A stretch of 64,000 nt of DNA from an uncultured Bacteroidales bacterium (GCA_903877385.1 CAIRDP010000061.1:44566-108565); one strand, 5' to 3'; shown: positions 28,532-38,750, counted from the first letter of the stretch. The notes: a model not told the origin generated them from the letters alone. A program made the numbers and translations.

Positions 28532-28711
28532 TTATTGCATGAAGATCTCGGGGATCATCAGTGAACGGTCCTGCTCTACTTTTAAGGGATCGTTATCGGG
28601 GATGAGCAATAAGGATTTCACAGGGATATCCTTTTCGATTTTATCTTTCCTGCAAATGAACATTACCCTGGAATCGATTTCATAGGCACCGAAGTGTATA
28701 AAAGCAAACAT
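28532..28711 (-). CDS. Possible small protein (59 aa), below the ORF-track threshold
   Basis: ATG at 28711, TAA at 28534-28532. Translation: MFAFIHFGAYEIDSRVMFICRKDKIEKDIPVKSLLLIPDNDPLKVEQDRSLMIPEIFMQ. Fills the otherwise empty gap between the LruC-domain gene and the TBDR gene on the same strand. No recognisable family. Confidence 0.25.
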   Translation of the reverse strand: MFAFIHFGAYEIDSRVMFICRKDKIEKDIPVKSLLLIPDNDPLKVEQDRSLMIPEIFMQ

Positions 28712-28760
28712 GGGGGATCTTTTTACTTAATCCGCCATGTTTGAAAAAGTGATATGTTTT

Positions 28761-30191
28761 TTAATAAATCAGGGTATTGTTCCTGTATCCTGAACCTGTC
28801 GTTGAAAACCAGTCGGGGTATGCCGAACCGCTCGACTGCACCCAGTCGCCAAAGTGAAGGTATGCTCCTGAAATATCCTGGTTCTCGGCGGGATAAGAGA
28901 ATTTGCCAAAAATATCAAGTGCCCAGGGCAGGTTTGAGGCTGATTTGTAATATTTTCCGGCTCCTGTGCGCGTATCGTCATTACCGGTTCCGAAAAGGCT
29001 TTGATCGGCCATCTGGGTAGGTTTGTAGCCAGGCAGGTGAATCTCACGCCCCCTTTGCCCGTTGACAACCATGAACGGGTTCCATCCCGAGATATTCAGG
29101 GTGCTGATGTTAACAGCCCCACCTTGTCCGGGGTTGCCGTTGTTCATGAATTTTATGTAAAGGTTGAAGGTTACGGAACTTACCCCAGCTGCATTTTTGA
29201 TAGTATTCCATTGAGGCATATACCTGTGTGATTTGTCAAATAAAATGAAGGTTGCATCGGTATGATTCCCTGTTTCGGTACCGTTGGAATTCATAATATA
29301 AGCTGTTTGATTGCCTGTTCCGCTAACCGAGATCACCGAGGCTGGGTTTACGCCCGGAAACTGGAAACCGAACCCGTCGTCCATCAGGGCACCGTTTGCG
29401 CGGAGTACCAGGGTGGAATAAACTTCAACAACATTATGCTGTGCATTGGAAACCACTTTGAATTTGTAGCCCAGAACAAGGTCGTTCATATCATAGTCGC
29501 CATAATTAGGCCAGTTGTCTTCAAATGCGAGAGTTCCCGTATCTGATGCAGGGTAATAGTTGTTAAAGGCCCTGTATGGGTCATTGGGATACTCATCCTG
29601 GCTGTCGGGCACACCGTCTTTGTCGGCATCGGCAAATACAACTTTCAGGGGCTGGCAATCTTCAGAAGGATCTGACCAGTAAGTTCCGGGTATGCTGATG
29701 TCATCCACCATGATACGGTCATCGCCCCCACCTGCACCGCTCATTTTCCAGTTAACCTGGTAAATGCCATTGACGTTGACCGGAACAGAAACACTGATCA
29801 CCTTGCTCACATCGCTGGTTTTCAGGTAATTGTATGAATACAGAAGAATGGTGGTTGTATCGTTGTTGTTGCTAAGCCTTACGGTAATGCTTTTCCAGGT
29901 ACCTGAGAAAGCGGTAAGCTTATGTTTGAACGTGAAATTTCCCGAACCTGTGAATTTCACCCAGGGTGAAGCCATCCTGGATGCATTTGACTCGGAACCT
30001 GATAATGATGCGCTTCTGATGGACCAGCTGCCGCTTATCGGGGAGACGTTTATCATTGAGAGACCTTCCATTGACCAGCATGATTCAGTATATTGGTCTT
30101 TTTCTCCTTTTTCAAAATCATTGGTAACTGTTTGAGCGAACCCGGAAACAGATAAAACAATGAGAGATATTATTAGTGTAATTTTTTTCAT
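28761..30191 (-). CDS. LruC domain-containing secreted protein (DUF4842-like) with thrombospondin-type-3-like Ca-binding motif
   Basis: Signal peptide. DADKDGVPDSQDEYPNDP followed by TLAFEDNWPNYGDYDMNDLVLGYKF, the characteristic start of the LruC domain. Confidence 0.7.
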   Translation of the reverse strand: MKKITLIISLIVLSVSGFAQTVTNDFEKGEKDQYTESCWSMEGLSMINVSPISGSWSIRSASLSGSESNASRMASPWVKFTGSGNFTFKHKLTAFSGTWKSITVRLSNNNDTTTILLYSYNYLKTSDVSKVISVSVPVNVNGIYQVNWKMSGAGGGDDRIMVDDISIPGTYWSDPSEDCQPLKVVFADADKDGVPDSQDEYPNDPYRAFNNYYPASDTGTLAFEDNWPNYGDYDMNDLVLGYKFKVVSNAQHNVVEVYSTLVLRANGALMDDGFGFQFPGVNPASVISVSGTGNQTAYIMNSNGTETGNHTDATFILFDKSHRYMPQWNTIKNAAGVSSVTFNLYIKFMNNGNPGQGGAVNISTLNISGWNPFMVVNGQRGREIHLPGYKPTQMADQSLFGTGNDDTRTGAGKYYKSASNLPWALDIFGKFSYPAENQDISGAYLHFGDWVQSSGSAYPDWFSTTGSGYRNNTLIY

Positions 30192-30198
30192 ATTTGAA

Positions 30199-30609
30199 TT
30201 ATTGGGCAGTGATGTAATTAAAAGATAAGGTTGAAGAACTTAAGGCTGCAGGCACAATTTTCTTTCCGTAAACAAGTGTAATGCCTGTCTCGGTCGCGGG
30301 AACCACGAATTTAATCGTATAATCCAGGTTCATTTGAAGGTAGTCCTTATAAATAATGTCGCCTTTTGATGACTTTACGTAAAGTGTATTGCTGACATCC
30401 GGGCTGAGGTCTTTCATCCCTGTAATATTCAGGGTGATTTCCCTGGAAGTCTTCCAGTCGAAAGCCGGGCTTACTTTAAGTGACTGTGTATTTCCCGGCT
30501 GGTCGGGTTTAGTGAGTGCTTCTTTACGGCATGAGGAAGCTGATGCGATTATCATCAGCAGGATTGCTCCTCTGAGTATATTCTTTGTAAACAGGTTCAT
30601 GGATTTCAT
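30199..30609 (-). CDS. Hypothetical lipoprotein
   Basis: 136 aa with signal peptide and lipobox (ASASSC). Lies 7 nt upstream of the LruC-domain gene on the same strand. Confidence 0.5.
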   Translation of the reverse strand: MKSMNLFTKNILRGAILLMIIASASSCRKEALTKPDQPGNTQSLKVSPAFDWKTSREITLNITGMKDLSPDVSNTLYVKSSKGDIIYKDYLQMNLDYTIKFVVPATETGITLVYGKKIVPAALSSSTLSFNYITAQ

Positions 30610-30637
30610 ATTGCGTTGTTTTCTGAATTTTATGCGG

Positions 30638-30645
30638 CAAAAGTA
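30638..30645 (-). promoter_or_regulatory. Candidate Bacteroidota -7 promoter box (TAnnTTTG) for the lipoprotein/LruC operon
   Basis: The - strand reads TACTTTTG, 28 nt upstream of the ATG at 30609. Confidence 0.3.
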
Positions 30646-30813
30646 GAATTAGCCAAAACAGTGGACAAACGCAAATACGTATGTGTAGGACTTGGGTTGT
30701 TGAGTGCAGACTTATAAGCCCCAATTGTAAAATTAGACTAATTCTAAACAGTGGCTTTTTTCTTCAGTAAAAATTGGTGTCAGGGACCGCCTTTGAATGC
30801 CTGGTGTATTATA

Positions 30814-31557
30814 TTACCAGGATGTGTTTGCGCAGATGAACTCCAGGTTCATGCGGGCGATATTCGAGCGGGAGATGCTTTTGGGGCATTCGGCTTCACA
30901 GGCGTATGTATTGGTGCAGTTCCCGAAGCCGAGTTCATCCATCGTTTTCACCATTTTCATGACCCTCTCTTTAGCTTCGGGCCGGCCCTGGGGCAGAAGG
31001 GCAAATTGGGAGACCTTGGCTGAGACGAACAGCATGGCCGAGGCATTTTTGCAGGCCGCAACGCAGGCGCCGCAACCAATGCATGCAGCGGCATCCATTG
31101 AAAGTTCGGCAGCGGGTTTGGGGACTAAAATATGGTTGGCTTCCATGGCCCCTCCGGTATTCACCGATATATAACCCCCTTCCTGTATGATCCTGTCAAA
31201 GGCTGTACGGTCAACCATCAGGTCTTTGATGACAGGGAATGGTTTTGCGCGCCAGGGTTCTACCGTAATGGTATCCCCGTCTTTAAATTTTCTCATATGA
31301 AGCTGGCAGGCTGTAACTGCATCATCAGGGCCATGGGGGCGGCCGTTGATATAAAGGCTGCACATGCCGCATATACCTTCTCGGCAGTCGTGGTCGAATA
31401 CCACCGGTTCTTCATTTTTCCCGATAAGGTTTTCGTTGAGGATGTCGAGCATCTCAAGGAAAGAACAATTGGGGGAAATCTCATTGAGGGTATAGGTCAC
31501 GAATTTTCCCTTTGACTTGGCATCTTTCTGCCTCCAGATCTTTAACGTCAGATTCAT
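30814..31557 (-). CDS. sdhB: Succinate dehydrogenase/fumarate reductase iron-sulfur subunit
   Basis: Three Fe-S cysteine clusters: [32 protein letters not shown]. Confidence 0.95.
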   Translation of the reverse strand: MNLTLKIWRQKDAKSKGKFVTYTLNEISPNCSFLEMLDILNENLIGKNEEPVVFDHDCREGICGMCSLYINGRPHGPDDAVTACQLHMRKFKDGDTITVEPWRAKPFPVIKDLMVDRTAFDRIIQEGGYISVNTGGAMEANHILVPKPAAELSMDAAACIGCGACVAACKNASAMLFVSAKVSQFALLPQGRPEAKERVMKMVKTMDELGFGNCTNTYACEAECPKSISRSNIARMNLEFICANTSW

Positions 31558-31573
31558 GTTCGGATGATTAATT

Positions 31574-31636
31574 GGGTACTGGGTACTGGGTACTGGGTAC
31601 TGGGCTCTTTTATGTTGTACCCGGTACCCAGTGCCT
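31574..31636. repeat. Heptamer tandem array (GGGTACT x4) pairing with a downstream complementary arm: strong hairpin in the sdhA-sdhB spacer
   Basis: GGGTACTGGGTACTGGGTACTGGGTACTGGGC-tcttttatgtt-GTACCCGGTACCCAGTGCC. The 16-nt ACTGGGTACTGGGTAC versus the RC of the right arm, ACTGGGTACCGGGTAC, gives 15/16. Confidence 0.85.
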
Positions 31637-31641
31637 GGGAC

Positions 31642-33579
31642 CTATTTGTAATTTCTAACCTTAACTTCGGTTTCTTCATAAACCAGCTGTTCCTTATGCA
31701 GTTTGAACTCGCCTTCTTTTACGTATTCCCATGCTGCAACATATTTGTAGTTCTCGTCGTCGCGCAGGCATTCGCCTTCGGGGGTCTGGTATTCCTCCCT
31801 GAAATGGCCGCCGCAGCTTTCGTTGCGTTCAAGGGCATCGAGTGCAAGCAATTCTCCCATCTCCAGGAAGTCGGCAACGCGGTTTGCTTTTTCAAGTTCC
31901 ACGTTCAGTTCGTCGGGTTTTCCCGGGATCTTCACATCGCTCCAGAATTTCTTCCTGAGCTCGCGTATAAGGGCAATTCCTTTGGTGAGGCCTTCTTTGG
32001 TCCGTCCCATCCCGACATGTTCCCACATGATCTTGCCCAGTTCCTTGTGGAAGTGGTCAACACTTTGGGTCCCCTGTATGGACATCAGTTTTTCGATGCG
32101 GTCCTGCACCCTCTTTTCAGCTTCTGTAAATTCCTTCGTATCGGTAGGGATCCTTGGAGTTTTGATTTCGGCTGATAAGTAGTTCTGTACCGTGTATGGA
32201 AGAACGAAATAGCCGTCGGCCAGTCCCTGCATGAGAGCTGATGCCCCCAGGCGGTTTGCGCCATGATCACTGAAGTTGGCTTCGCCGGCAACAAACAATC
32301 CGGTTACCGTCGACATCAGTTCATAATCAACCCATAATCCGCCCATGGCATAATGAACGGCAGGGTAGATCATCATAGGGTTTTCATAGGGATTTTCATC
32401 CACAATTTTTTCATACATCTGGAAGAGGTTGCCGTAACGTTCTTCGATCACATGTTTGCCGAGACGCTTGATGGAATCCTTGAAATCAAGATAAACGGCA
32501 AGTCCCGTGGGGCCCACTCCATAGCCTGCATCGCAGCGTTCCTTGGCGGCGCGGGAAGCCACATCCCTGGGAACCAGGTTGCCGAAGGCCGGGTACCTTC
32601 TTTCGAGGTAATAATCCCGGTCTTCCTCGGGTATGTCGTTACCCTTGAGTTGTCCCTGCCTGTTCTTCTCGGCATCTTCCTTTTTCTTAGGCACCCAGAT
32701 CCTTCCGTCGTTCCTGAGGCTTTCGCTCATCAGGGTGAGTTTCGACTGGTAGTCCCCGTGAACGGGAATGCAGGTGGGGTGGATCTGCGTAAAGCAGGGA
32801 TTTGCAAAGTAAGCGCCCTGTTTCATAGCCTGCCAGAGTGCGCTGGTGTTTGAACCCATGGCATTGGTCGAGAGGTAAAATACGTTTCCGTAACCGCCTG
32901 TGGCGAGGATCACCGCATGGCCGAAATAACGTTCGAGTTTGCCTGTGATGAGGTCACGGGCGATGATACCCCGGGCTTTGCCATCCACCATCACCAGGTC
33001 CATCATCTCATGACGGTTGTACATCTTTACCATGCCCAGCTTGATCTGGCGGCTAAGGGCAGAATATGCTCCAAGCAGAAGCTGCTGGCCCGTTTGCCCG
33101 CGGGCAAAAAAGGTCCTTGAAACCTGGGCCCCGCCAAAGGAACGGTTTTCAAGCGATCCGCCGTATTCCCTTGCAAAAGGAACACCCTGTGCAACACATT
33201 GGTCTATGATCGCATTGCTCACCTCGGCAAGCCGGTATACATTGGCTTCACGGGCGCGGTAATCCCCCCCCTTCAGGGTATCATAAAACAAACGGTATAT
33301 GCTGTCGCCGTCGTTGGGGTAATTCTTTGCAGCGTTGATGCCTCCCTGGGCGGCAATACTGTGCGCACGACGGGGACTGTCCTGGTAACAGAAAATCTTC
33401 ACATTAAAACCCAGTTCGCCGAAGGAAGCTGCGGCTGATGCGCCTGCAAGCCCTGTTCCCACTACGATGAAGTCGAGTTTGCGCTTGTTCGATGGATTGA
33501 CCAGGTTCTGGTGGGCCTTGTAATTGCTCCACTTCTGGGCTACCGGCCCTTTCGGGATTTTTGAATTCAACTCAGCCAT
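31642..33579 (-). CDS. sdhA: Succinate dehydrogenase/fumarate reductase flavoprotein subunit
   Basis: Start moved to MAELNSKIP, 6 nt after the sdhC stop. FAD-binding motif [15 protein letters not shown], plus [14 protein letters not shown] and the catalytic region. Confidence 0.95.
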   Translation of the reverse strand: MAELNSKIPKGPVAQKWSNYKAHQNLVNPSNKRKLDFIVVGTGLAGASAAASFGELGFNVKIFCYQDSPRRAHSIAAQGGINAAKNYPNDGDSIYRLFYDTLKGGDYRAREANVYRLAEVSNAIIDQCVAQGVPFAREYGGSLENRSFGGAQVSRTFFARGQTGQQLLLGAYSALSRQIKLGMVKMYNRHEMMDLVMVDGKARGIIARDLITGKLERYFGHAVILATGGYGNVFYLSTNAMGSNTSALWQAMKQGAYFANPCFTQIHPTCIPVHGDYQSKLTLMSESLRNDGRIWVPKKKEDAEKNRQGQLKGNDIPEEDRDYYLERRYPAFGNLVPRDVASRAAKERCDAGYGVGPTGLAVYLDFKDSIKRLGKHVIEERYGNLFQMYEKIVDENPYENPMMIYPAVHYAMGGLWVDYELMSTVTGLFVAGEANFSDHGANRLGASALMQGLADGYFVLPYTVQNYLSAEIKTPRIPTDTKEFTEAEKRVQDRIEKLMSIQGTQSVDHFHKELGKIMWEHVGMGRTKEGLTKGIALIRELRKKFWSDVKIPGKPDELNVELEKANRVADFLEMGELLALDALERNESCGGHFREEYQTPEGECLRDDENYKYVAAWEYVKEGEFKLHKEQLVYEETEVKVRNYK

Positions 33580-33584
33580 AAAGC

Positions 33585-34250
33585 CTAACGGATAAGTAAA
33601 AAGTAAATGGGTATGATAATAAAGCCTAAGGGTACGACGATGGAATATGCCACGCCGAAACGTTCGATGCATTTTGTATATTTTGTGAAATTCAGGCCAA
33701 GGCTCTGGAAAGCAGCCTGGAATGCATGGTTCAGGTGAAAGCCCAGGACGATGAAGAGCAGGATGTACAGAAGGGAATATGCCGGCTGGCTGAAAAGATC
33801 GATGGCCCTCTGGTAAAAATTAGGCTCACCGCTTTCAAACCTTGGCCCCTCAACCCACCCCAGCTTGATCGCATAAAAGTTCATCAGGTGGATCACAAGG
33901 AAAATGAAGATGATGCCGCCGGTCCAGATCATGTACTTTGAAAGGAAAGGAGTCGTGGTTTTGTTGTTCACGGCATACCTCACCGGGCGCGACATCCAGT
34001 TCTGCACCTGGAGGATGATGCCGAGGGCCATATGAAGAATGAAACCGGCAAAAAGCACGACCTCGAAGGTTTTCACAACATAGTTCGTGCCCATGAAATA
34101 GGCCGCGTCGTTAAACCACCTGGGGTCGCTGCGTAAAAGGCAAAGATTAATACTCAGATGCACCACCAGGAAGATCAGAAGGAAAATTCCAAGCAATGCC
34201 ATCCAGATCTTTTTTGTGATGGATGAGAATCGTAAAGATGAAGCGCTCAT
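33585..34250 (-). CDS. sdhC: Succinate dehydrogenase cytochrome b subunit (Bacteroidetes/Bacillus type, 5-TM)
   Basis: 221 aa and polytopic. First gene of the sdhCAB order, with His-containing helices. Confidence 0.85.
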   Translation of the reverse strand: MSASSLRFSSITKKIWMALLGIFLLIFLVVHLSINLCLLRSDPRWFNDAAYFMGTNYVVKTFEVVLFAGFILHMALGIILQVQNWMSRPVRYAVNNKTTTPFLSKYMIWTGGIIFIFLVIHLMNFYAIKLGWVEGPRFESGEPNFYQRAIDLFSQPAYSLLYILLFIVLGFHLNHAFQAAFQSLGLNFTKYTKCIERFGVAYSIVVPLGFIIIPIYFLLIR

Positions 34251-34408
34251 AACCCGGACTTAAATTTGTTTATCAAATAGAATAAGTAAAAGGAATTTAC
34301 CGTTAATTTGTCGATAGAATTAACGAGGAAAGAACAAAAATAGAGGATAATTTTTTTAAAAAAGAATAAAGGCCCAGTTTTTTTAATAATTCAAAACCAG
34401 TCTAAATT

Positions 34409-35794
34409 ATGTTTCCCCCAGAAATTTACTCAGAAAGAAGAAAAAAGCTCCGTTCGGAACTTTCAAGCGGAATAGTATTGTTCTTAGGCAATACCGATGT
34501 GGCATTTAACTATCCGGCAAATACATACACCTTCAGGCAGGACAGCAACTTCTCCTATTTTTTCGGATTGGATCATCCCGACCTTGCCGGCCTTATCGAC
34601 CTTGACGGAGGTAAGGACATCATCTTCGGAAATGATGTTGATATAAGCGATATCATCTGGATGGGCCAGCAGCCTTCAATTGCCGAACAGGCTGCCAAAG
34701 CCGGGGTCACGGTGACCTTCCCCCTGATCGAACTTGCTGAATATATCGGTATGGGTGTAACCAAAGGGCGCAGGATACATTTTGTACCGACTTACCGAGC
34801 CGAGACCCGGGTCCAGCTTGCAGGCCTGCTTGCCAATGACCATCTTAAAATTCACGACCAGGCTTCACCCGAACTGATCAGGGCTATTGTAAAGCTAAGA
34901 ATGGTCAAGGATGATCTCGAGGTGAAGGAAATCGAAAAGATGATCGATGTGGCGTACATCATGCATACCACGGCCATGAAAATGGCCATGCCTGGTGTTG
35001 TTGAACAGAAAATAGCCGGAACCATCGAAGGCATTGCCCTTGCCAACGCGGGCCCCGTGTCTTTCCCTGTAATCCTTACCGTTAACGGACAAACGCTTCA
35101 CAACCATCACCATGGCAATGTGCTTAGCGAAGGCCGCATGATGGTGATCGATGCAGGATGCGAGAATGATCTTCATTATGCTTCTGACATCACGCGTACG
35201 GTGCCGGTGGGCGGGAAGTTCTCGCAAAGGCAGAGGGAGATCTACGAGATAGTTTTAAAAGCCAATATGGAAGCGACCAAAGCCGTTAAACCGGGGGTTC
35301 CGTTTAAAGATATTCATATACTGGCCGCAACGGAGATCGCCAAAGGACTCACTGCCCTCGGCATTATGAAGGGAGATCCCAAAGAAGCCGTCGCCAATGG
35401 CGCACATACACTTTTCTTCCCTCACGGCTTGGGCCATCCCCTCGGCCTTGATGTTCACGACCTGGAAGGCATGGGCGAAACCTTTGTCGGGTATGACGAT
35501 GAGATCAAACGCAGCAAGGAATTCGGCCTGGCTTTTCTCCGTTTCGGCCGTAAGCTGCAACCCGGTTTTGTGATGACCATTGAACCCGGTATTTATTTCA
35601 TCCCCGAGCTGATAGAGATCTGGAAAAACGAAAACAAGAACCCCGGATTCATCAATTACGATAAAGTAATGACTTACCTGGATTTTGGCGGCATACGCAT
35701 TGAAGATGACGTTCTTGTGACTGCGGATGGCGTCAGGGTGCTGGGCAGGCCGATACCGAAGACAGTGAAAGAGATTGAGGAACTTATGAAATAG
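34409..35794 (+). CDS. pepP: Xaa-Pro aminopeptidase (M24B)
   Basis: M24 metal-ligand context: VIDAGCENDLHYASDITRT, HGLGHPLGLDVHD, EPGIY, GGIRIEDD. Confidence 0.9.
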   Translation: MFPPEIYSERRKKLRSELSSGIVLFLGNTDVAFNYPANTYTFRQDSNFSYFFGLDHPDLAGLIDLDGGKDIIFGNDVDISDIIWMGQQPSIAEQAAKAGVTVTFPLIELAEYIGMGVTKGRRIHFVPTYRAETRVQLAGLLANDHLKIHDQASPELIRAIVKLRMVKDDLEVKEIEKMIDVAYIMHTTAMKMAMPGVVEQKIAGTIEGIALANAGPVSFPVILTVNGQTLHNHHHGNVLSEGRMMVIDAGCENDLHYASDITRTVPVGGKFSQRQREIYEIVLKANMEATKAVKPGVPFKDIHILAATEIAKGLTALGIMKGDPKEAVANGAHTLFFPHGLGHPLGLDVHDLEGMGETFVGYDDEIKRSKEFGLAFLRFGRKLQPGFVMTIEPGIYFIPELIEIWKNENKNPGFINYDKVMTYLDFGGIRIEDDVLVTADGVRVLGRPIPKTVKEIEELMK

Positions 35795-35822
35795 CGAAAA
35801 TTTCGCCATTTCACTCCTTACA

Positions 35823-36497
35823 ATGACGCGCACCTACAAATACTACGACCTCATCATGGCGGCCTTTGTCACCGTGCTGCTGTGCTCCAATCTGATAGGG
35901 GCCGAGAAGATCATTACGGTGGGGCCGATTACCTGCGGGGCAGGGATCTTGTTTTTCCCCATCTCTTATTTTTTCAATGACATTCTTACGGAAGTTTACG
36001 GCTATGCCAAGTCCCGTAAGGTAGTCTGGGCCGGGTTCACAGCCCTGATCTTTGCTTCGGTGATGGCTTCAGTAGTTGTAAATCTTCCGCCTGCCACAGG
36101 CTGGGTACACCAGCATTCGTTCGAGATAGTGTTCGGCCAGACCCCGAGAGTGGTGGTTGCTTCCATCACCGCCTTTTTCTGCGGAGAGTTTACGAATTCA
36201 TATGTACTGGCAAAGATGAAGGTTTGGACAAACGGGAAGCATCTCTGGACCCGCACCATAGGTTCGACCGTTGCCGGTGAAGCAGTGGATTCGCTCATCT
36301 TCTATCCCATGGCATTCCTGGGTTTCTGGCCCATGAACCTCCTTATCATTGTACTCCTGACAAACTATGCACTGAAAGTACTTTGGGAAGTATTTTCAAC
36401 CCCTGTCACTTATAAGATTGTAGCCTTCCTGAAGCAAAAGGAAAATGAAGACTACTACGACAGGGATACCAATTTCACACCGTTTTCGATTAAATAG
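35823..36497 (+). CDS. yhhQ: Queuosine-precursor transporter (YhhQ/DUF165 family)
   Basis: 224 aa with 6 TM helices. Motifs TEVYGYAKSRKVVW and DSLIFYPMAF. Confidence 0.8.
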   Translation: MTRTYKYYDLIMAAFVTVLLCSNLIGAEKIITVGPITCGAGILFFPISYFFNDILTEVYGYAKSRKVVWAGFTALIFASVMASVVVNLPPATGWVHQHSFEIVFGQTPRVVVASITAFFCGEFTNSYVLAKMKVWTNGKHLWTRTIGSTVAGEAVDSLIFYPMAFLGFWPMNLLIIVLLTNYALKVLWEVFSTPVTYKIVAFLKQKENEDYYDRDTNFTPFSIK

Positions 36498-36512
36498 GGG
36501 TTGGGGAAGATT

Positions 36513-36543
36513 TGAATGTCCAATATTCGACATTCATTTTATT
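36513..36543 (+). terminator. Rho-independent terminator after yhhQ
   Basis: TGAATGTC-caatattc-GACATTCA followed by TTTTATT, 15 nt after the stop codon. Confidence 0.7.
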
Positions 36544-36551
36544 GAGCGCCT

Positions 36552-37142
36552 CTAATCCCTGGCATAAAAATGCATCTCGACAATGTACTTCCATACCTTT
36601 TCGGGAAGGAAATACCTCATATCGTGGCCTTCGGCAATGCCTTTGCGGATAAAGGAAGATGAAACCGTGATGAGGGGTGCATCCACCCGGGTAAGTGAGG
36701 GGTGGTTGTCGAACAGGCTGGGGATGGTGTTCTGACGGGGATAAATATACAGATTATACTGTGAAAGCAGGGCTTCCCAGTTTTTCCATTTATGTAGTGT
36801 AGGCAGATTATCGGATCCCAGGATAGGGATAAAGGTTTTCCCGGGATATTTTTCGGCAAGGTACGTCAGGGTATCAATGGTGTAGGATGGCGTCGGAAGC
36901 TTGAATTCAATATTGGATGATTTGAAACGGCGGTCATCCTCGATGGCCAGGTTCACCATCGACAGGCGGTGATGGTCGGGGAGAAGGCTTGATTTTTCTT
37001 TCAGCGGATTATGGGGTGAAACCACAAACCATACCTGGTCCAGGCCTGCAAACTCAACCATGTAGGATGCGATCATCAGGTGGCCGTTATGGATTGGGTT
37101 GAACGACCCGAAGAAAAGCCCGGTTTTACCTTCTTTGCTCAT
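36552..37142 (-). CDS. nadD: Nicotinate-nucleotide adenylyltransferase
   Basis: GLFFGSFNPIHNGHL (HxGH motif), SSSFIR (ISSTxxR-like motif). Confidence 0.9.
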   Translation of the reverse strand: MSKEGKTGLFFGSFNPIHNGHLMIASYMVEFAGLDQVWFVVSPHNPLKEKSSLLPDHHRLSMVNLAIEDDRRFKSSNIEFKLPTPSYTIDTLTYLAEKYPGKTFIPILGSDNLPTLHKWKNWEALLSQYNLYIYPRQNTIPSLFDNHPSLTRVDAPLITVSSSFIRKGIAEGHDMRYFLPEKVWKYIVEMHFYARD

Positions 37143-37708
37143 TTCTGATCCATGAATTGAATGACGGCATCAACGGAATCGGAACAGGCCTGTTCAAGGG
37201 ATTCATTGATGATCGCGAGATCGAAATTATTGGCGAAACCCAGTTCGAATTCGGCCCTGTCGAGTCGCTTCCTCAGGGTTTCCTCGGTTTCGGTGCCCCG
37301 CTTCCTCAGCCTGCTTTCAAGAGCTTCAATGGATGGGGGCCTTATATAAATTGCAAGGGCATTTGAACCGAAATACGTTTTGAGGCTGATGCCTCCTTTA
37401 ACATCCACATCAAAAATGGGAATCCTGCCTTCGTTCCATATCCGTTCAAGTTCCGACTTCAGGGTGCCATAAAAATTCCCGGGATACACTTCCTCCCACT
37501 CCACGAATTCCCCTCTCTGTATCCTGGTCCTGAACTCATCCGCAGTCAGAAAATAATAGTCTTTACCATGAACTTCATTTTCGCGTCTTGAACGGCTGCA
37601 GGCCGAAACGGAGAAGGAAAGCCGCGGTAATTCCGAAAGAAGTTGCTTTACAATGCTTGTCTTGCCGGCTCCCGACGGAGCACAAACGATGATGGCTTTT
37701 CCGTTCAT
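37139..37708 (-). CDS. gmk: Guanylate kinase
   Basis: P-loop APSGAGKTS. Motifs SRSRRENEVHGKDYYF and EWEEVYPGNFYGT. Confidence 0.95.
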   Translation of the reverse strand: MNGKAIIVCAPSGAGKTSIVKQLLSELPRLSFSVSACSRSRRENEVHGKDYYFLTADEFRTRIQRGEFVEWEEVYPGNFYGTLKSELERIWNEGRIPIFDVDVKGGISLKTYFGSNALAIYIRPPSIEALESRLRKRGTETEETLRKRLDRAEFELGFANNFDLAIINESLEQACSDSVDAVIQFMDQK

Positions 37709-38589
37709 AAGATGTTCATGAGCTGTTCCTTGATCTTCTCCAGTTCATCTTTCATCTGTACAACTATCTTCTGGATGTCGGCCTGGTTGGCTTTTGATCC
37801 CAGGGTGTTGATCTCCCTGCCGATTTCCTGGGTGATGAAGCCCAGCTTTTTGCCCTGTGAAGTGCCTTCATCCATGGTATCGAGAAAATAATCGCAATGC
37901 TTTTTAAGCCTGATCTTTTCTTCGGTAATATCGAGACGTTCAAGGTAATAGATCATCTCCTGTTCGAAGCGGTTCTGATCGGGGGCCGAACCGTTGAAAT
38001 CGGATTTGTAATTTGAAAAATCCCTGATCATCTTATCCCTGATGTTATTGATCCTTTGCAGTTCAAAAGGATCGACTTCAAGAAGGTACCCAAGGATCAG
38101 GGCTATCCTTTTCTTCAGGTCATCGCCCAGGATACTGCCTTCGCCTGAGCGGAATTCCTCAACCTGGACGAGCGCATGTTCTATCCCTGCCCTCAGCAGG
38201 ACCCAGTCTTTTTCGTTCGGTTCGTCCTTGGCCGATTGTATAACATCGGGCATTTTAAGGATCAGGGGCAAAAGTCCTTCGGGACAATCCTCCTTAAGTT
38301 CCAGTTGCAGGGCCTTGAGTTCGGCATTGTATTTTTTGGCCAGCTCCAGGTTTATAGAAACGCCCGAAGATTCGCCGGTGAACTCGGTGCTGATAAAAAC
38401 ATCCACCTTGCCGCGCTCCAGCTTTTGCGAGATCAGGTTCCTCACTTCAACTTCCTTGTCGCGGAACATCGACGGCAGTTTCAGCGCCAGGTCAAGTTGT
38501 TTGCTGTTCAGGCTTTTCACCTCGATGCTCAGCTTGCGGTCCCCGATTTCAGCAACGGCTTTTCCATAGCCCGTCATCGATTTGATCAT
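37705..38589 (-). CDS. yicC: YicC-family stress-induced protein
   Basis: N-terminal SMTGYG and the C-terminal DUF1732-like motif QEIGREINTLGSKAN. Confidence 0.9.
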   Translation of the reverse strand: MIKSMTGYGKAVAEIGDRKLSIEVKSLNSKQLDLALKLPSMFRDKEVEVRNLISQKLERGKVDVFISTEFTGESSGVSINLELAKKYNAELKALQLELKEDCPEGLLPLILKMPDVIQSAKDEPNEKDWVLLRAGIEHALVQVEEFRSGEGSILGDDLKKRIALILGYLLEVDPFELQRINNIRDKMIRDFSNYKSDFNGSAPDQNRFEQEMIYYLERLDITEEKIRLKKHCDYFLDTMDEGTSQGKKLGFITQEIGREINTLGSKANQADIQKIVVQMKDELEKIKEQLMNIL

Positions 38590-38640
38590 GGTTTAGGTAT
38601 TAAATTTGATGTAAAGATAGTAAAAGAGAAGAGAATGGAT

Positions 38641-38704
38641 GATGGCGCTTCGCGCCGATGGCACTTCGTGCTGATGGCGCTTCGCGCTGATGCGGGATGA
38701 GAAT
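38641..38704. repeat. 16-bp tandem repeat x3 (+1 degenerate unit), each unit a mini-hairpin, in the yicC / PLD divergent intergenic region
   Basis: GATGGCGCTTCGCGCC GATGGCACTTCGTGCT GATGGCGCTTCGCGCT GATGCGGGATGAGAAT. GGCGC-TTC-GCGCC is self-complementary. Confidence 0.85.
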
Positions 38705-38750
38705 ATGATTTTTCGTGATATGGTGAAGTGATTTTCAGTATTTTTGTGTT

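Noticed and set aside
31564-32175. 203-aa plus-strand ORF starting in the heptamer array
   Set aside because: The N-terminus is a translation of the GGGTACT repeat, and the rest is antisense to sdhA.
33580-33672. Upstream extension of sdhA (track start 33672)
   Set aside because: The extension overlaps the sdhC 3' end. MAELNSKIP at 33579 matches normal SdhA N-termini and sits 6 nt after the sdhC stop.
35795-35822. preQ1 riboswitch upstream of the queuosine-precursor transporter gene
   Set aside because: The intergenic space is only 28 nt. It has a weak GCGAAA/TTTCGC hairpin but no preQ1-I/II consensus.
25721-38704. CRISPR interpretation of the tandem repeats (25721-25825, 31574-31605, 38641-38704, 51392-51416)
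   Set aside because: The units are only 7-16 nt and directly abutting, with no unique spacers. No cas genes are in the window.
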